A stretch of 64,000 bases of DNA from assembly GCF_018977255.1 (NCBI RefSeq), contig NW_024704742.1, positions 36,272,001-36,336,000 on the forward strand. Direction: 5' to 3'. Positions 1-13,547 of the stretch are shown here, one piece after another. The DNA comes from Callorhinchus milii. Taxonomy: Eukaryota. The translations under genes were made by a program, and so were the position numbers. The notes beneath the pieces are model-generated. The model saw only the letters and a list, made by a program, of their open reading frames with translations. It was not told where the DNA came from and made no database searches. The first letter of the stretch is position 1. Every line of letters starts with the position of its first letter.

Positions 1-290
1 GTCAGCAGAGCCTCGGTCTTGTTGATGTTCAGCTGAAGAAAGTTTGCTCTCATCCAGGACTTGATGTCTGACACATTCTGTCAGGACAGCAGTGGTCCTG
101 GAGTCAAGGGTGGAGGTACAGAGAGGTACAGTTGGGTGTCATCTGCATACATGTGGAAGTTGACCAAATGTCTGCTGATGTCACCGAGAGGAAGCATATA
201 GATATTGAAGAGCAGGGGACCAAGGACAGAGCCCTGAGAAACGCTGCAAGTGACAGTCTGGGGGCTAGAGGAGAAACCGTTTGATGAGTC
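1..290 (-). mobile_element. L2-clade LINE reverse transcriptase fragment
   Basis: Minus strand encodes [13 protein letters not shown]...[10 protein letters not shown]. Confidence 0.85.
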
Positions 291-399
291 TCAGCCATTA
301 TCTCGTGTTTCCCCATGGAGTACAAGTGGGGATGGATATTGCCTGCGCTCAGGACATCAGTAATAATTACCCTTGTGTCAATTAACTATGGATTATTGA

Positions 400-490
400 A
401 TGTCTGAATTCGTGAGAATTTGTTTTTAGAAAAAAACTTTCTTCAATAGTCTTTTCTCAAGCCTTTTTTATCTGTCTTCGCCAAATACTA
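400..490 (-). pseudogene. Dynein fossil segment in DHC_N2 (A-x-KE-x-x-IE-x-x-L)
   Basis: QIKKA*EKTIEESF..KQIL resembles recalled ISAVKERDIEQKLKQVI. Confidence 0.5.
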
Positions 491-759
491 TATTGCGGCA
501 TTATACATTATTCAGGTAAGGCTGATGGAACACGTCGTGCGGCATATGGATGACAAAACGGCAATTACTATACATGAGTGATTAATAAACAGACTTTTTT
601 TAATGTAAGAATAAAGCCACAATGTTATTCAATGACACACAATCACCAAATATATTTTATACAATTTAGGACATGGGTCAACATCCCCATTCATCTTTCA
701 GTAGCAGTGAGTCTTTGGACATTGCTGAGCTTTTTCTTTGTCAATCAGACAAAGAAAAA

Positions 760-836
760 GCTACTCTGCAAAAGCTACTGGAGTGAATGACTGACTCCAA
801 TATTTCCTGCTCAAAACACCATCAGCTAACATCCGT
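760..836 (-). pseudogene. Dynein fossil exon in DHC_N2 (RHW motif region)
   Basis: RMLADGVLSRKYWSQ resembles the L-x-x-x-x-M-x-x-RHW-x-x motif; followed by TAG. Confidence 0.55.
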
Positions 837-1582
837 CTTCAGTGTGCAAGAAAAAAAAGTAGCAGTTTTCTATACTTTATCACATTGAGGCATATTTGTG
901 CTTTACACTAATTACTGTTAATTGGTGACAGGTTTTGCAGGCAAACATGCATCAGAAGCCGAGGGCATCACTATTTGAAATCAGGATTGTCCGAAAACAA
1001 GGTCAAAATCTGTTTTTTCAAACAGTTGGCAGTGGGGCTATTAAAGTTTGACCTAACCAAGTCAGGAAACAAGTAGAATCTGCACCTTGGCAGAATTTAT
1101 CACACAGCACAGGCCAAGCAATTGCACAAAATGTCATTGAGAGAGCTCAGCTGCTTAACTCCATAAATTTAAAGAAAACAGATAGGGCTGACATGTTGAT
1201 AAAGTTTTAGAAAAATATTAGGTGCATCCAATATTTGCTTAATTCTGAAGTGTATTATTACAATTCTCTGGTGAGCAAAACTACAAACAGTAAGTGTAAA
1301 AATTGTGCATGTTACATTAACTAAAACTCTGGAAAATCTCATCTAAAACGAGGAATTTTAATATCCTAGCTCTTGTACCCACATGAAACAATGGGGCCTA
1401 TCGCGTGCCCCTTGCTAGTAATCTTTTCATAACACTTTTCTAATAGGAAAACTTTCAATATTTGGATCCACATTACTCCGTTTCTTTCCTTTGAAAGCGT
1501 AATCAAAAACATTCAAATCAATCATCGCACAGACGTCGTTTTGTACTGAGAGTTAGGTTTACTGTTAACTGAGAGTGATTAC

Positions 1583-1704
1583 CAAGCAGAAATGTAATCT
1601 ATTGATAGCATCTCACAAAGGCATGGCTGGATCCCTGCAGAGGTGACCCATTCTATCTGTCTCTCACAGTTGGCAAACAATCACGTTTGAGGACACCAGC
1701 ATAT
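1583..1704 (-). pseudogene. Dynein fossil exon with GP...A-x-x-RL motif
   Basis: Across frameshifts reads YAGVLKRD...NGSP / SAGIQP / DAINRLHF, matching recalled [20 protein letters not shown]. Confidence 0.6.
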
Positions 1705-1822
1705 TTTGAGTGAATAAAAAGAGAAGGTTTAAAACATTGATGGCTTCAACATTATTCAGAAAATGTGATCAAGTGATAATAAAGATCAGATTTGCACACT
1801 AAGTAACTCATGGTACCTTTAC

Positions 1823-1904
1823 CTTGACTGCCTGGTCATGCACTAGTCCAGACACCACCAATTGGTATTCTTGCTCTAACTGATGGTGTTGCACCTGCAG
1901 CCGA
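1823..1904 (-). pseudogene. Dynein exon, still open with canonical splice sites (RLQVQHHQLEQEYQLVVSGLVHDQAVK)
   Basis: ttccctttgatag acceptor, AAG|gtaaag donor, 82 nt; position fits the helix ending L-x-x-x-Q before the GP motif. Confidence 0.55.
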
Positions 1905-2147
1905 CTATCAAAGGGAACAAACAAAACAGCCAGTCAGTGACAAAGAACTTAACAACACAAAAAACACAATTTAACAGGCGTTGGAAATTTAAAACTCTGT
2001 CAACTCTAGAATGTATTAAGATCTAAAGAGCCATTTTTACCACTTGACACCACAGCTTATGCTCATTAAGTCAATAAACTGTCACATGTCCAGGATTTGA
2101 TTTTCACTTGGTGGCACGACAGAAATCATTAGCAAAGTAACCGATCT

Positions 2148-2461
2148 GTGGAGTCCTGTAGCTCAGTGGTTAGAGCACTCGCTTTGCAAGCGAGAGACCT
2201 GAGTTCAATTCCAGGCAGGGCGAAACCTGGGGCAAGTTTCCTTACTCCAGACACCTAATAATAATCCCTCCAAAAAAAAACAATAATAAATTGGTCATTT
2301 TCAATCTACGACTGTTTGTGGGACAGTGCTGTGTGCAATTGGCTGCCCGTTCGCCCACAAATATACAGTCAATTCACTTTACAGTGTGTTCTGTGAAGCG
2401 CTTTGGGATGTCCTCCCGACGTGAAAAGCGCTATATCAAATGCAAGGATTATTATTATTAT
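2148..2461 (+). mobile_element. Full-length young tRNA-derived SINE (Deu-domain-like core, L2-type tail)
   Basis: A box gtagctcagtgg, B box gagttcaattcc, core tttgtgggac..gctgtgtgcaattggctgcc, tail aagcgctatatcaaatgcaagg(att)n; many close copies in the window. Confidence 0.9.
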
Positions 2462-3699
2462 GATTTATATCTGATTTTAATACATGTTAAAGGGGAATCA
2501 TCCATTTCATGATTTTTTTTACAATGGTAAGGTGGTGGAAATGATGTGTATGCATCAGAACACAACTTGGATGTAATGTTAGCAAGGACGAAAATAACTA
2601 ATCCATTCTTTCCCACCAAGAAGATGTTTGCCCAACCAGCATTCATTTAAGTGAAGCTGAAGCTTACTATATATTCTCCATGTTTTATTGCATTGCTGGG
2701 TTTAGCAGATTGCTCTGAGTCCATTTTGACATTTTATTACCATTATGTCCCACTCCCAGAAACCTTTTATTTTAATCTGCTTTTTAGGGGGAAGAGTGGG
2801 GAAATCCTTAAAAGAAAGGAAATACATTAGTAATATTTCATTTTGATAGGGATCCTCTTCTCATTACACAATATGACATAAGTTTATTATAATAATACTT
2901 GTATTTGATATAAACACTCCAAGTTGCTACACTGAGTGAAGAGCGCTATATGAATGCAAGCTGTTGTTAATATAGCATATTATGTCCTCAAGATGTCTCA
3001 AAGTGCTTCACAGGATTTTACTGTAAATTGTAGTGACTGTAATTGTGGGCAAACAGACTGCCAATTTGCACACAGTGATAAATAAGCACAAAAAAATCAA
3101 AGGAATTGTCCGATTTTATCTGGGGAAGACTTGGCTAAGAAACTGTCTTCTCTTTTTACATAGAGACCATGGGTTTCTAACACCCAACTGAACATACAAA
3201 TGCGACTTTGGTTTAAAATCTCACCCAAAGGACAGCATTGTATTGCAGTATCAACCTATACAGAGTTCAAAGTAGGGCTTGCACCTACAGTCTTCTGACT
3301 CAGAGGCCAGAGTGCTACCAACTGAGCCAAGCTCACACCTGGCATTTGAAATCTAATAGCACTGAAGTGGGAAATGACATCAGCCACAGTGACGTGATGA
3401 CCTTGGGGAGGGGGGAGGGGGAGAAGACTCCCTTCCTGATTTGAAAGGAACAATCCCGAAAAATCCTTAAACTAAGCTGCAAAATTCTTAATTAAAACAG
3501 AGGCACCATTATATGGGACATATATTAACATGTTATTATTCAGTTTTGATAAAATATCATACAATAATACTTGTGTTTGATGTAGCACCTTATCATGTCG
3601 TTGAGACATCATAAAGCGCTTCACAGAATATATTGCAAAGTGGATTGATTGTGTATTGGTGGACAAAACACAATAATATGGGCCAACTCCACACATAAC

Positions 3700-3925
3700 T
3701 CTGCAGTCTAGGTAAGGCTCCTGCATATTTGATGATCAAAATTTTGCTTCTGCCCTTTTTTAAGACATGATGATGAATCAGGGCACAGGAAACTCCGGCA
3801 GTGTGAATATGGGCATCTTGTATGGCTGCTGGTAAATACACACATGACGTAAACAGCACTTTCTCCAGGGAATCTTCTGTACTTGATCCAAAGTCATGAG
3901 ACTTCAACTTTGATGAGATCTCAGT
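3700..3925 (-). pseudogene. Dynein fossil exon
   Basis: ttttgcag acceptor; TEISSKLKSH...DSLEKVL...AIQD...KYAGALPR resembles kL-x-r...dl...i-x-d...Y-x-x-x-lp. Confidence 0.4.
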
Positions 3926-4339
3926 CTGCAAAATCTTGCAACTAATGTGTAGGTAATAATATTAGTACTCAGAAAAACAGAAATGTTTCACATCTCAAAA
4001 GGGTAAAGTGACTGTATTTGTAGGCAGTCAATTTGTGCAGAGCAATGTCACAGAAACTCCCTTCTCTTTTCAAATATTGGATTTTTAACGTCCACCTGAA
4101 CCTCGATTTAATGTCTCATTTGTAGGATGGCACCTCTGACAAAGCAGAGTTCCCCCTGCACTGAACTGAAATGTCAGCCCATACTACAAGTTCAAAGTCA
4201 CAATGTGGGGCTTGATTCCACAAACCCTATACCAAGAAGCAATGGTGCTATATTCTTAGTCAGGCTGATTGATACTTCTGTATGAAGTACATGGGATTCC
4301 CTCGCAAAATCATTATTTGTGTTGCCAGTTCTTTTACCA

Positions 4340-4510
4340 TCAGTCACACCACTTTTGATGATACTGTTGTAATGAACTTTTGATCTATCTTCTTTCCCCC
4401 ACACCTCTACAGAATTGCTGACAATTTGAATCCAGTGAATTAATAAAAGCAGTGGAAGAAATAGCAGGAACACTTCCTTTTCTCCATGGGAGGTGTCTTC
4501 AACAGTGTTC
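4340..4510 (-). pseudogene. Dynein fossil segment
   Basis: VEDTSH...LLIHWIQIVSNSVEVWGKEDRSKV (inside ORF 4198-4557) resembles the d-x-x-x-lK...W-x-x-x-x-x-x-x-x segment. Confidence 0.4.
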
Positions 4511-5405
4511 CGCCTGCTAGCGGAGCCATCTCTCTCGTTCTGTTGCTGTAGCAACAACCCAAGGGCAGAATATTATTTCTATTCCATCATGCCAAAAATG
4601 GGTTTGCTCTGCATTAAAGATAGCAAAAGCAATTTGTTGAACAGGAAATTTACTATCCTATTCTCCAGGGCAGGTTATTGGCCGTGTATGGATAACTCAA
4701 CAATAAATTCAGTTCCAAGTTTTTTTTAAAATGCTGGCATGTTTGATACAGTTTCTTTTCCACTTTCATAAGACACTTAATATTTGCACCACTTTCCATC
4801 GCTAGATCTCCCGACAGTATCACCAATCAACATAGGTCAATAACTATTTCTTATGCCTATTAGAATCCTTCCCTCCTATGATCAAAATAATGGTAAAATT
4901 AAACATCATAATAATCCTCGTATTTGATCCTTGTATTTATCTATATCTTTATTATTAGTTATAGCGCCTGTTGAGGATTATTATTATTTTAGTGCCTGTT
5001 GAGGATTATTATTATTTTTCGCGCATGTTGAGACTTCTGTTTGTGTGTGGTGTGTGTGTGTAGTAAGGAAACTTGCCTAAGGTTTCGCCTTGCCCGGGAA
5101 ATATGCAGCCACCCCATAGATAGTATGCAAAATGCAGTCAATCCACATTATACTAAACAAAATAAAACACTCCTGGCACTGAATGCCTTATCAGGTTGGC
5201 TCAGTTTGTGACACTCTTGCCTTTGAGTCAGTTGGCTGTGGGTTCAAGCCCCACATTGGGACTTTTGGTTCATAGACTGGCTATTTGTGTGACATTGCTG
5301 CGTGAAAACTAGCTACCGTGTTCGCCCACAAGATACACAGTCACTCCACTTTACAGTATATCCTGCGAAGCACTTGGTGATGTCCTTCCAATGTGAAAGG
5401 CACTG

Positions 5406-5804
5406 CAGTGGAATCCGCTTTAACTCCGGGCACACGGTAAATCAAATCAAATGCCTGGTCCCGATTCATTTGTATTCTTACCTGATTAAAATATACCGGT
5501 TGAGGAAGCGCCGCCATTCCCTTGCTGGGCGGGAAGGTATTTTGCAGCCAAATAAAGGTAAATATATTTTACTGAATTCTGTGAGAGTGCAGTATTTTAA
5601 CTCCTAAATTAAAACTCCTAAGTTAAAATACTTGGTGTCTTGTTCGGTTAGTTAACACTGCTTCAAGTGAAACACATTATTAAATATTATTATCTGGTGA
5701 TGCTCCTCTGCTGGGCGGGAATGGCATTTCAGCTAACCTCGGACACCTCTTAAGCCGGACAAAATGGCCATCCGCGATGTGTCCAGCTTAACAGGCTTCC
5801 AATG
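5406..5804. mobile_element. Non-autonomous Tc1/mariner-pogo-like DNA element (MITE) inserted in a SINE tail
   Basis: Imperfect terminal inverted repeats cagtggaatccgctttaactccgggcac / gtgtccagcttaacaggcttccaatg followed by TA; it splits the SINE tail aaggcact...tatatcaaa. Confidence 0.6.
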
Positions 5805-6547
5805 TATATCAAAAGATTATTACAATAATAATGAGACATTTCAGACACTTTGATGACATAATAAGGCACTATATCAAATACAAGGATTATTATTTATTGT
5901 TGCATTTCAAGAATGAAAAATGAACAGTTTAGAAAGAGGAGGTTTGATATTTCAGATTCAAGTGCACTGAAGCTAGTTGTCCTGCACTTACTGTAAAGTG
6001 AGTTGTTTCTTCTCCAATTCCTTTTTCTGTAAAACATCAATGAGAAAAATAATTATAGCTGGATCATCTCAACTGTTATTGGTAGAAGTCGGACCTTATA
6101 AATAATAATAATAATTACATTTGATACAGACATTTCACGTCCAGAAGAAGTCTCAAAGCTGTTATGGGATCCAACAATGTCCTTCAAACAAACAGTCATG
6201 AAGTGAAACACCAATCTTATTTGGGGATATTTTGTCTAGGGTACTGGGAAAATTCCCTTCCCTTTTCAAATAGTCCATGGGATCTTTACCGTCCATCTAA
6301 ATAGGCAGATGGGACTTGGTTTAATGTCTCATCTGACGGACGGCACCTCCAACAATGCAGCACATCCCTAAGCTCTGTATTCAAGCATCAGCCTACAATG
6401 TCAGCTCAAAATCCAAATATGGGGCTTCAAAACACAATCTTCTGACTCACAGATGAGAGTGCTATCAACTAAGCCGGGCTGACTTTCGGAGTCACTTCAC
6501 GTTACAGTACATCCCGTGAAGCATTTTGCAACGCTTCTTGTATTCTT

Positions 6548-6862
6548 GTGGAGTCCTGTAGCTCAGTGGTTAGAGCACTCGCCTCACAAGCGAGAGACCT
6601 GGGTTCCATTCATGGTAGGACGAAACCTTAGGCATGCCTCCACATGCCTGACAATAATCCCTCAAGAAAAAAAAACAATAATAATTTGGTCACTTCAATC
6701 CACGACTGTTTGTGGGACACTGCTGTGCACAATTGGCTGCCGCGTTTCACCCACAAATATACAGTCAATTCACTTTACAGTATATTCTGTGAAGCGCTTT
6801 GAGACATCTAGAAGACGTGAAAAGCGCTATATCAAATGCAAGGATCATTATTACTATTATTA
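6548..6862 (+). mobile_element. Young tRNA-derived SINE copy
   Basis: Same head, core and tail as 2148-2461. Confidence 0.9.
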
Positions 6863-8095
6863 AGTCCAAACCAATCTAATGTAGTATTACTATTAATATT
6901 ACTGCCACTGAATACTGTAATACCAAGCACATTGTTTGCATGAATATTAATTTTAAAACCCACTCAATTTAATGAACTATAAAAAAGAAAGACGTTGTAA
7001 TTATTTGTATTTTTCAAATTATTAGAGTTGTTTGCATTCAACACAATTGAAGTGAAAAGCCTAGATTAATATTTGTATGGTACAGATGAACATTTTAGTG
7101 GCAATGGAGAAATAATGTTGGGTTTCAGGGGACTGACAATAATGAACGTGTTCACTGATGCATGCATTCAGTGTACTTAGCCCAGTTTCTGATACATCAG
7201 TGTTACATTGCATTCAGTTACTGCCAAAATTCAAAGTTAATCAAGGTTATTCAAAGGATTATCCTTGTTAAAGCCGTACAACAAAAAATACTATTGTGGT
7301 GGTGAAGAGGTTCCTAATTCATCAATCATGAATTCTATTCAACTGCATTACGTTTTCAGTTAGCATATAAGCTTCAATACATATTATAGCAAATTAATGT
7401 TTAAGTTACAGTTTTAACCCACCTTTGCACCATATCCCTTCATACTCTGACCTAACAAACATCTGTTTATCTAGCAGTAAGTAGGAACCCAGTTGTGAGT
7501 CGATTGGCGGATCGACTTAACAATTGGACCTTCCCAACTCTTCCCGCCACAAGATTCAGATCATCCAGAACTCTGCAGCTTGTGTCCTCTCCCAAACCCG
7601 ACTCCATGATCTCCCCCCCAACCCCACACCCGCTTAGGTCCCTTGGAACGTCATCCTGATGTGAAAGGCGCTATGCAAATGTAATTTTGTATTGTAATAC
7701 GTTTGTTATATCTACATTATTGTGCCTATCCTTTGCTGATTGTCTAAAGGGCAGGATATTTTTATGGTTCCATGTTCTCAATTTGGATGAATTACACGAT
7801 TTAGAAAAACTTTCCCCAAAACAGATCCCGCAGTTAGCCAGACACAGCCCAGCTCTGCCTGGACTCCAGATGCCTGCTGGAAGCTAACTTTGATTCGAAT
7901 GATGAAGATCCTGGCAGCAACTTGACTTCCATGAAGTTTGAAATGAGATTAGAGTCCAAGTTGAGTTTCTGTAGTCATGCTGATACCCATCTGGTTATCT
8001 GCAGGATTTGATTTTTACAAATCTTGGAAATGACTGCAATCTGCACAGAAACATTATTCATATGGTTATCAATGTACAGGTTTAATCAGGCTTAC

Positions 8096-8197
8096 CTGCA
8101 GGAAAGAAGATACTTTGACAGCACCAGTCAGGTTTCCAATTTCTTCCTCCAATGCAACCAATCTTTGCAGTTCTGCGTGCAGCAGTTTACTGGTTAC
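8096..8197 (-). pseudogene. Dynein exon, still open with canonical splice sites (VTSKLLHAELQRLVALEEEIGNLTGAVKVSSFLQ)
   Basis: Polypyrimidine tract plus AG acceptor, CAG|gtaagc donor, 102 nt, phase 0-0; resembles the F-x-x-x-I-x-x-x-x-x-L-E-x-E-I...V-G motif preceding DHC_N2. Confidence 0.65.
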
Positions 8198-8420
8198 CTT
8201 TTAATAAAAAGAGACACATTGGTTATCTGACATTTGACTGATGCTTTATACCATGTTCAGTACTTTGAAGCATACTTTTCTGTTGAAGCCTCAGGAGTCT
8301 TTTTCTTTCAGATGCTGATCACCCGACTGTGCATTTGCAATCTTTCCTATGTTTATAACATCTTAATTGTAATTCTCCATCTTCTGTAATCCATTTACAG
8401 TGAATTCAGTGCTCCGAGAT

Positions 8421-8690
8421 ATAATAATAATTCTTGCATTTGATATAGTGCCTTATCACATTGTTGAGAGGTTTCAAAGCACTTTACAGAATATACTGTA
8501 AAGTGAATTAACTGTATATTTTGTGGGCAAAACGCAACAGTCAATTGCGCACAGTAGTGTCCCACAAACAGTAGTGAATTGAGTGATCAAATTATTACTT
8601 TTTTTAATAAAGGGATTATTACCCCCAGAAAGCAATCTGCCAATCGACTAACAACCGCCTTCCTACTTACCACTGGGTAAACAGCGACAT
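8421..8690 (-). mobile_element. 5'-truncated SINE copy
   Basis: Reverse-complement core and tail. Confidence 0.8.
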
Positions 8691-10245
8691 GCTGTGGGAT
8701 CTTTAACACAAGGATGGATATCTTTTCTTTGTTCTATAGGGTCCGATACACTGATTGTCTAGTGCCTTGGGGTGTCCTCCCAACGGGAAAGGAGCTATAC
8801 AAATATAATTTGGTTTTGGTTCTAAACTCTACCAGTTGACCTACCAAAGGAGCTGTGTATAGCATCTTTCAAGTTAAATGAATGTCTCACAAATAGTTTT
8901 TGATTGTAATATCCAGAGTTTTCTTAGTATGTTTTAATTCCATTCTTATTTTATGAACTATTGACTACTTAAAAAAAAAGCAACTTTCACGTGAAATGAG
9001 CATCAATTAAAGATTCTACACACTTGATGTTCAGATAATCTCAAAAGCAAGTTAAAGAACTGCAAGCATGAGCAGACATAATAAAAAATATTTATATCAG
9101 CCGGTTCTCCTCCAAGGTCAGGATGCAGGTTACATTTTAAGAGATGGGAAGCTAGGGTGCTAGCTGTGCAATAATCACATTTTCAGTTTTAAATATGATC
9201 AATTCCCTGAATTTTTTTTAAAAAAGGACCATTCTGATCAAAGCCTCAGATGAACATAAAGATAGAGGTTTGGTTTCCAGAAATTTAAGGAACATTTCTG
9301 CATTAGTATTCTAAAATTATTAAAAAAAACAATATTTTATATTAGTGAACACTGTAACCATTACACCCACATTAAAGGGAAAAAAATACAAAGCGGTAAA
9401 TAATCTACTACTCAGTTTGCACAACATACAGACTTTCACTCTTGGATTGGATTCAAAACATTATAGGAACGTAAAACAGCTTGGAGTGAGAAGTTTAATA
9501 CAAACTATCAGTAATATGAGAGATGCTCATCTGAGATCAGTGGTTGAGCCCATCAAATCTCTTTCCACAAATCCCATGCAATTTGTCTCTTCACAAACTA
9601 TCCTAAGGGGCCTGAGTCACAGGTGAATCAACTGAGAAAATAAAAGTGCTATAAAATTTCCTCCTGACCTCAGGGGAATGTGAAGTCCTCAGAAAGCAAT
9701 CAAACATTACAAGCTACACAGTTCAAACCTGACCTATTGCAATGGGCTGATGACACATTCCCATTAGCACAGGAAACTTCAAGTTCTCATAATCTCCACG
9801 GTTAACTTTATAACATTGCAGCTCATTCTTAATTTAAAACCCAACATCAGAATTTTGAGTTCACACTCTAGTGCTGGGGATGCGCTGTATTTTCAGTGGT
9901 GCTGTCCTTTGAATAAGACATTAAACCAAGGTGCTGTCTGCCTGTTCAGGTGGATATTAAAGATTCCATTGAAGTGTTCAAAAACAGAAGAGTATTTCTC
10001 CCAGTATCCTGGCCGAGAATCCTCCAGATAAAATTTATCATTCACTGTTTGTGGGGCATTGCTCTGCATATTGGCCTACAAATACAGAGTCACTACACTT
10101 CACAGAAACTTTGTGAACCATTTTGAGGCAGTCTTGATGTTATAGGTGCTAATCTGCTCCACGTATCAGCTACTGTGAGAAGGAAAATTATCTACTTGTC
10201 TCACATGAGCCCCATTTATTAAAATTTGTCTTTTAGTTCTGTGCT

Positions 10246-10660
10246 CATAACAACAACTTGCATTTATATAGCCCCTCGCGTCCCAGAGCACTTGAAAGTT
10301 GTAGAGCATGACACCAAGCCGGGAGGAGGTGACCGTAGGCATGATCGAAGAGGAAGGTCTTCAGGCCCGACCTGAAAATGGGGAAGCAGCGGGCAAGGCA
10401 GAGGGATAGAGGGTTCCAGAGTTTCTGGGTATAGTGGCTGAAAGCATGGCTCCCGATGGTGGAATGAAGGGCACCGTGGACAAGCAAGAGGCCGGAGCCA
10501 GTCGAGCGGCAGCAGCGGCTAGTGGATTGGGAGCAAACAGGTCGGAGAGTTAGGGAGGTGCCAGAGCATGAAAGGGTTTGAAAATGTGTGACGATCTTAA
10601 AATCAATCCATTTGGTGATAGGGAACCAGTGGAGCCGAGTTAGAATTGGTGTGATAGTAT
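10246..10660 (-). mobile_element. L2 LINE 3' fragment
   Basis: ITPILTRLHWFPI...IDFKI...LKTFLF plus a simple-repeat tail. Confidence 0.85.
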
Positions 10661-11140
10661 GCATCAAATAGCCTGCTTACATTCTTATATCTTACATCCA
10701 GGACATCCATGCCTACTAGCATTTAAAAAAGCCAGACAGGTCTCCTCTTAATCATGTTTTTTTTCCAATGAAGACAAGTTCAGAGAGTAAAAGTCTCTCT
10801 TCATAACTCAGATCCCCCAATAGAATCAATATCATTTGGGTGGATGTGTGCCAAAAACTGCACACAATATTCCAAACATAGCCTAAACAATGACCTATGA
10901 AAGAGTCTTCATCATACTTTTGTCTATGGCAGCTACTGTTTGATTAACACAGACACTAGCCTCTTTTTAGGAGAGTTTGTCCACAACACATTATCTTCAC
11001 TGGATATTCTGTAAAGTGGTGGGTACTTTGTGGGTGAACACGATAGCTAATTTAAATTGGGGGATTGTTGACCCAGACATCAAGAGAAACTCCCTTCTTT
11101 TTTTGAATAGTGCCAGTGGATCTTTAACGTCACCTGAACA

Positions 11141-11420
11141 TAATAATACTTAAATTTGATATAGTGCCTTATCATGTCTTCCAGATGTCACAAAGTGCTT
11201 CACAGAATATACTGTGTGAAGTGAATTGACTGTATATTTTGTGGGCGAAATGCAGCAGCCAATTGCGCGCAGCAGTGTCCCACAAGCAGTCGTGGATCGA
11301 GTGACCAATTTATCATTATTATTTTTTTGAAGGAATTATTACCTCTAGAAAAGCGTTCCTACTTACTGCTAGGTAAACAGACGCGTGGAGTAAAGAGACC
11401 TGCCCAACATTTTGCCCTGC
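11141..11420 (-). mobile_element. 5'-truncated SINE copy
   Basis: Reverse-complement core and tail. Confidence 0.8.
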
Positions 11421-11439
11421 CAATTGGATTGTCCAATCT

Positions 11440-11720
11440 ATTGGATTGAAAAAGTAAACTGAGAACAATACATTAGGATTCATCAAGGTAGTAGAACCAC
11501 AGTTTTAGTTGTAAAAGGCAAATTCAAGAGAGCACCTGGATGTTCACCGAGAGGGTAATTAACAACTGGAACAAGTTACCAGGAATGCTGATTAAGGCCA
11601 GGACATTGCAGCCATTTAAAAAAATGTTTGATATTGTGTTGGGAAGAGAGTGGGTATGTATTCCAGAAAAATGAGATAAAATGGACCCAAAAGCCTTCTT
11701 CATCCAAATCAAGTGTGTGA
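11440..11720 (+). mobile_element. CR1 3' fragment
   Basis: ttcaccgagagggtaattaacaactggaacaagttacc = F.ERVINNWNKLP. Confidence 0.7.
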
Positions 11721-13326
11721 TTTTATGCAGACCATGTTGATTTCTAAACCGAGTTGAATATTTCCTTTGGATCACAATAATAAGCATTCTACAGTGACAT
11801 CTGCTGGCAAAGATGTGGAGTTGCAATTCCCAAACAGTATGAACATGTTCCTTGGCATATTGCAGAATATTTCACGCTCTATCAACAATGCAATGAACAT
11901 ATTTATTTCCTGCTTAATACATACAAAGCATTTCCTACAAGCATTGGTTGATATCACAATCGTTGATTTGTTTACCACAGTTGTCAATTCTCTTCAGTGA
12001 CTACTTCCTCCAAAAAGGATAACCCAGTGTCGGCAAATGCATGAGTGGACAAATAAAGATCATTTAGATATCCCGCTCACCACACTAGTTATTTTGAGCA
12101 TGACACACAGTCTTAAACCTTCCTCAACCAGCAACTGCCCACAATAGATTTGAGGATCTTCTCTGGATCAACCAAAAACAAATACTCAAGATGCTTACGA
12201 GATAGAGTCCAAACTTTAGCACTAGATAATAAGATGAGAAAGAACTGTGCTTACCATCCCTTACATATATTATATATATATATATATACACACACACATA
12301 TACATACCACACTCCATCAAATTCTGCCAGGAAAGTAGAGCCTTTAAATAAAAGTCTTATTAACAATAACAACAACCAACAAATTACATTTTTCTTATTT
12401 CCCCAGTGAAGTAGCAAAAGTAAACGTTTCATACTGATATGAAAAATGTAACTACTGTCACGCAGAAATTCAACATCTTCAGATACAACCACTCCACCTA
12501 GAATTCAAAACGCATAACAGCACTCATTAACGGGCATCTCATTATAAAAGAGCAGTGTTTTCACATCAATAGTCAATCACACCAGAGTCCTGACTACGTT
12601 AAAAGATGTTCGCACTCTCTCCCTTAACCCACTCAATTCTAAAAACAATTCAAAGTTCTGCTTAACGGCTTGATCTCACGATTCATACAGATAGCCCTTT
12701 GGTCATTGTGCCTCCAAGTTACTTCACAGTCTCCAGGGATGAGTCACTTTAGCTGGTAAAAGGAGTTTGTAGTTTAGTTATGTGAAGCTCATCAGTTTAG
12801 TTCCAGTTCAATGAAAAGCAAGGCAACTTAAGTGCTGAGTTACCACCTGTTATGGAATTTATTCTTCTGGATCCTTAAGAATTACTATGAGAACTCTGGC
12901 AAAGGAAAGAAATGTCCCCAAGCAAGTCTCTACAAGCACTTCAATATGACTCACAGAAATTCTAGTTTGATAAAACTGATCAAAATCAGTTTGCTCCACC
13001 AGGCCTCTCAGGTGACAGCTAATCGTGTCGCAAAATAACACATTTCTCTAAACTAAATAGCCTTTAGCAGCTCAGGGCAACAGAGGGAACAAATGGTTGC
13101 CCTTAATCGTTTTATATAATTGGTCTATTACACAGCCACTGAATCAAACAGGTGCAGTGAACCACTGTGAAGGAAGGTTCAGAATATAAACACTGAGTGA
13201 ATGACCTTGTAAAAATGCATGAGTAAATTATACTTTAATGAAAAAAAAGGCTAGGTTAGAACATTTTGATGGATTGAACCTTTGCCAAAAGTGCATCCAT
13301 CCTACATGAATGTCTTCACCTTCGCC

Positions 13327-13527
13327 AAACACAAAATACTGCAGATGCTGGAAATCTGAAACAAAAACAGAAGTTTCTGGGAACACTCAGCAGGTCAGGC
13401 AGCATCTATGGAGAAAGGAAAGAACAACTTTCTGACGAAGGGTCGTGGACCCGAAACGTTGACTCACTTTCCTTTCACCACAGATGCTGCCTGACCTGCT
13501 GAGTGTTCCCAGAGACTTCTGTTTTTG
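13327..13527 (+). mobile_element. Palindromic non-autonomous element (Penelope-associated type) with a hammerhead-like core
   Basis: ~60-nt inverted arms (13362-13422 / 13467-13527) around CTGACGA-A-GGGTC-GTG-GACCC-GAAACGTT. Confidence 0.7.
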
Positions 13528-13547
13528 CCTTGATCTTTGTTCCCACT

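Noticed and set aside
2148..2225. tRNA-like sequence with A and B boxes (also at 6548, 36929 and minus-strand copies)
   Set aside because: Each is the head of a SINE and continues into the SINE core and tail; not called as tRNA genes
4964..5035. Three tandem ~27-nt units (gcctgttgaggattattattatttt), superficially CRISPR-like
   Set aside because: No unique spacers, eukaryotic context; a simple tandem duplication of a SINE-tail-like sequence
7820..8040. Minus-strand DCSHF / IAVISKICK segment as the exon after 8096-8197
   Set aside because: It would need a ~55-nt intron and the frame is ambiguous; the 4340-4510 segment fits the expected next motif better
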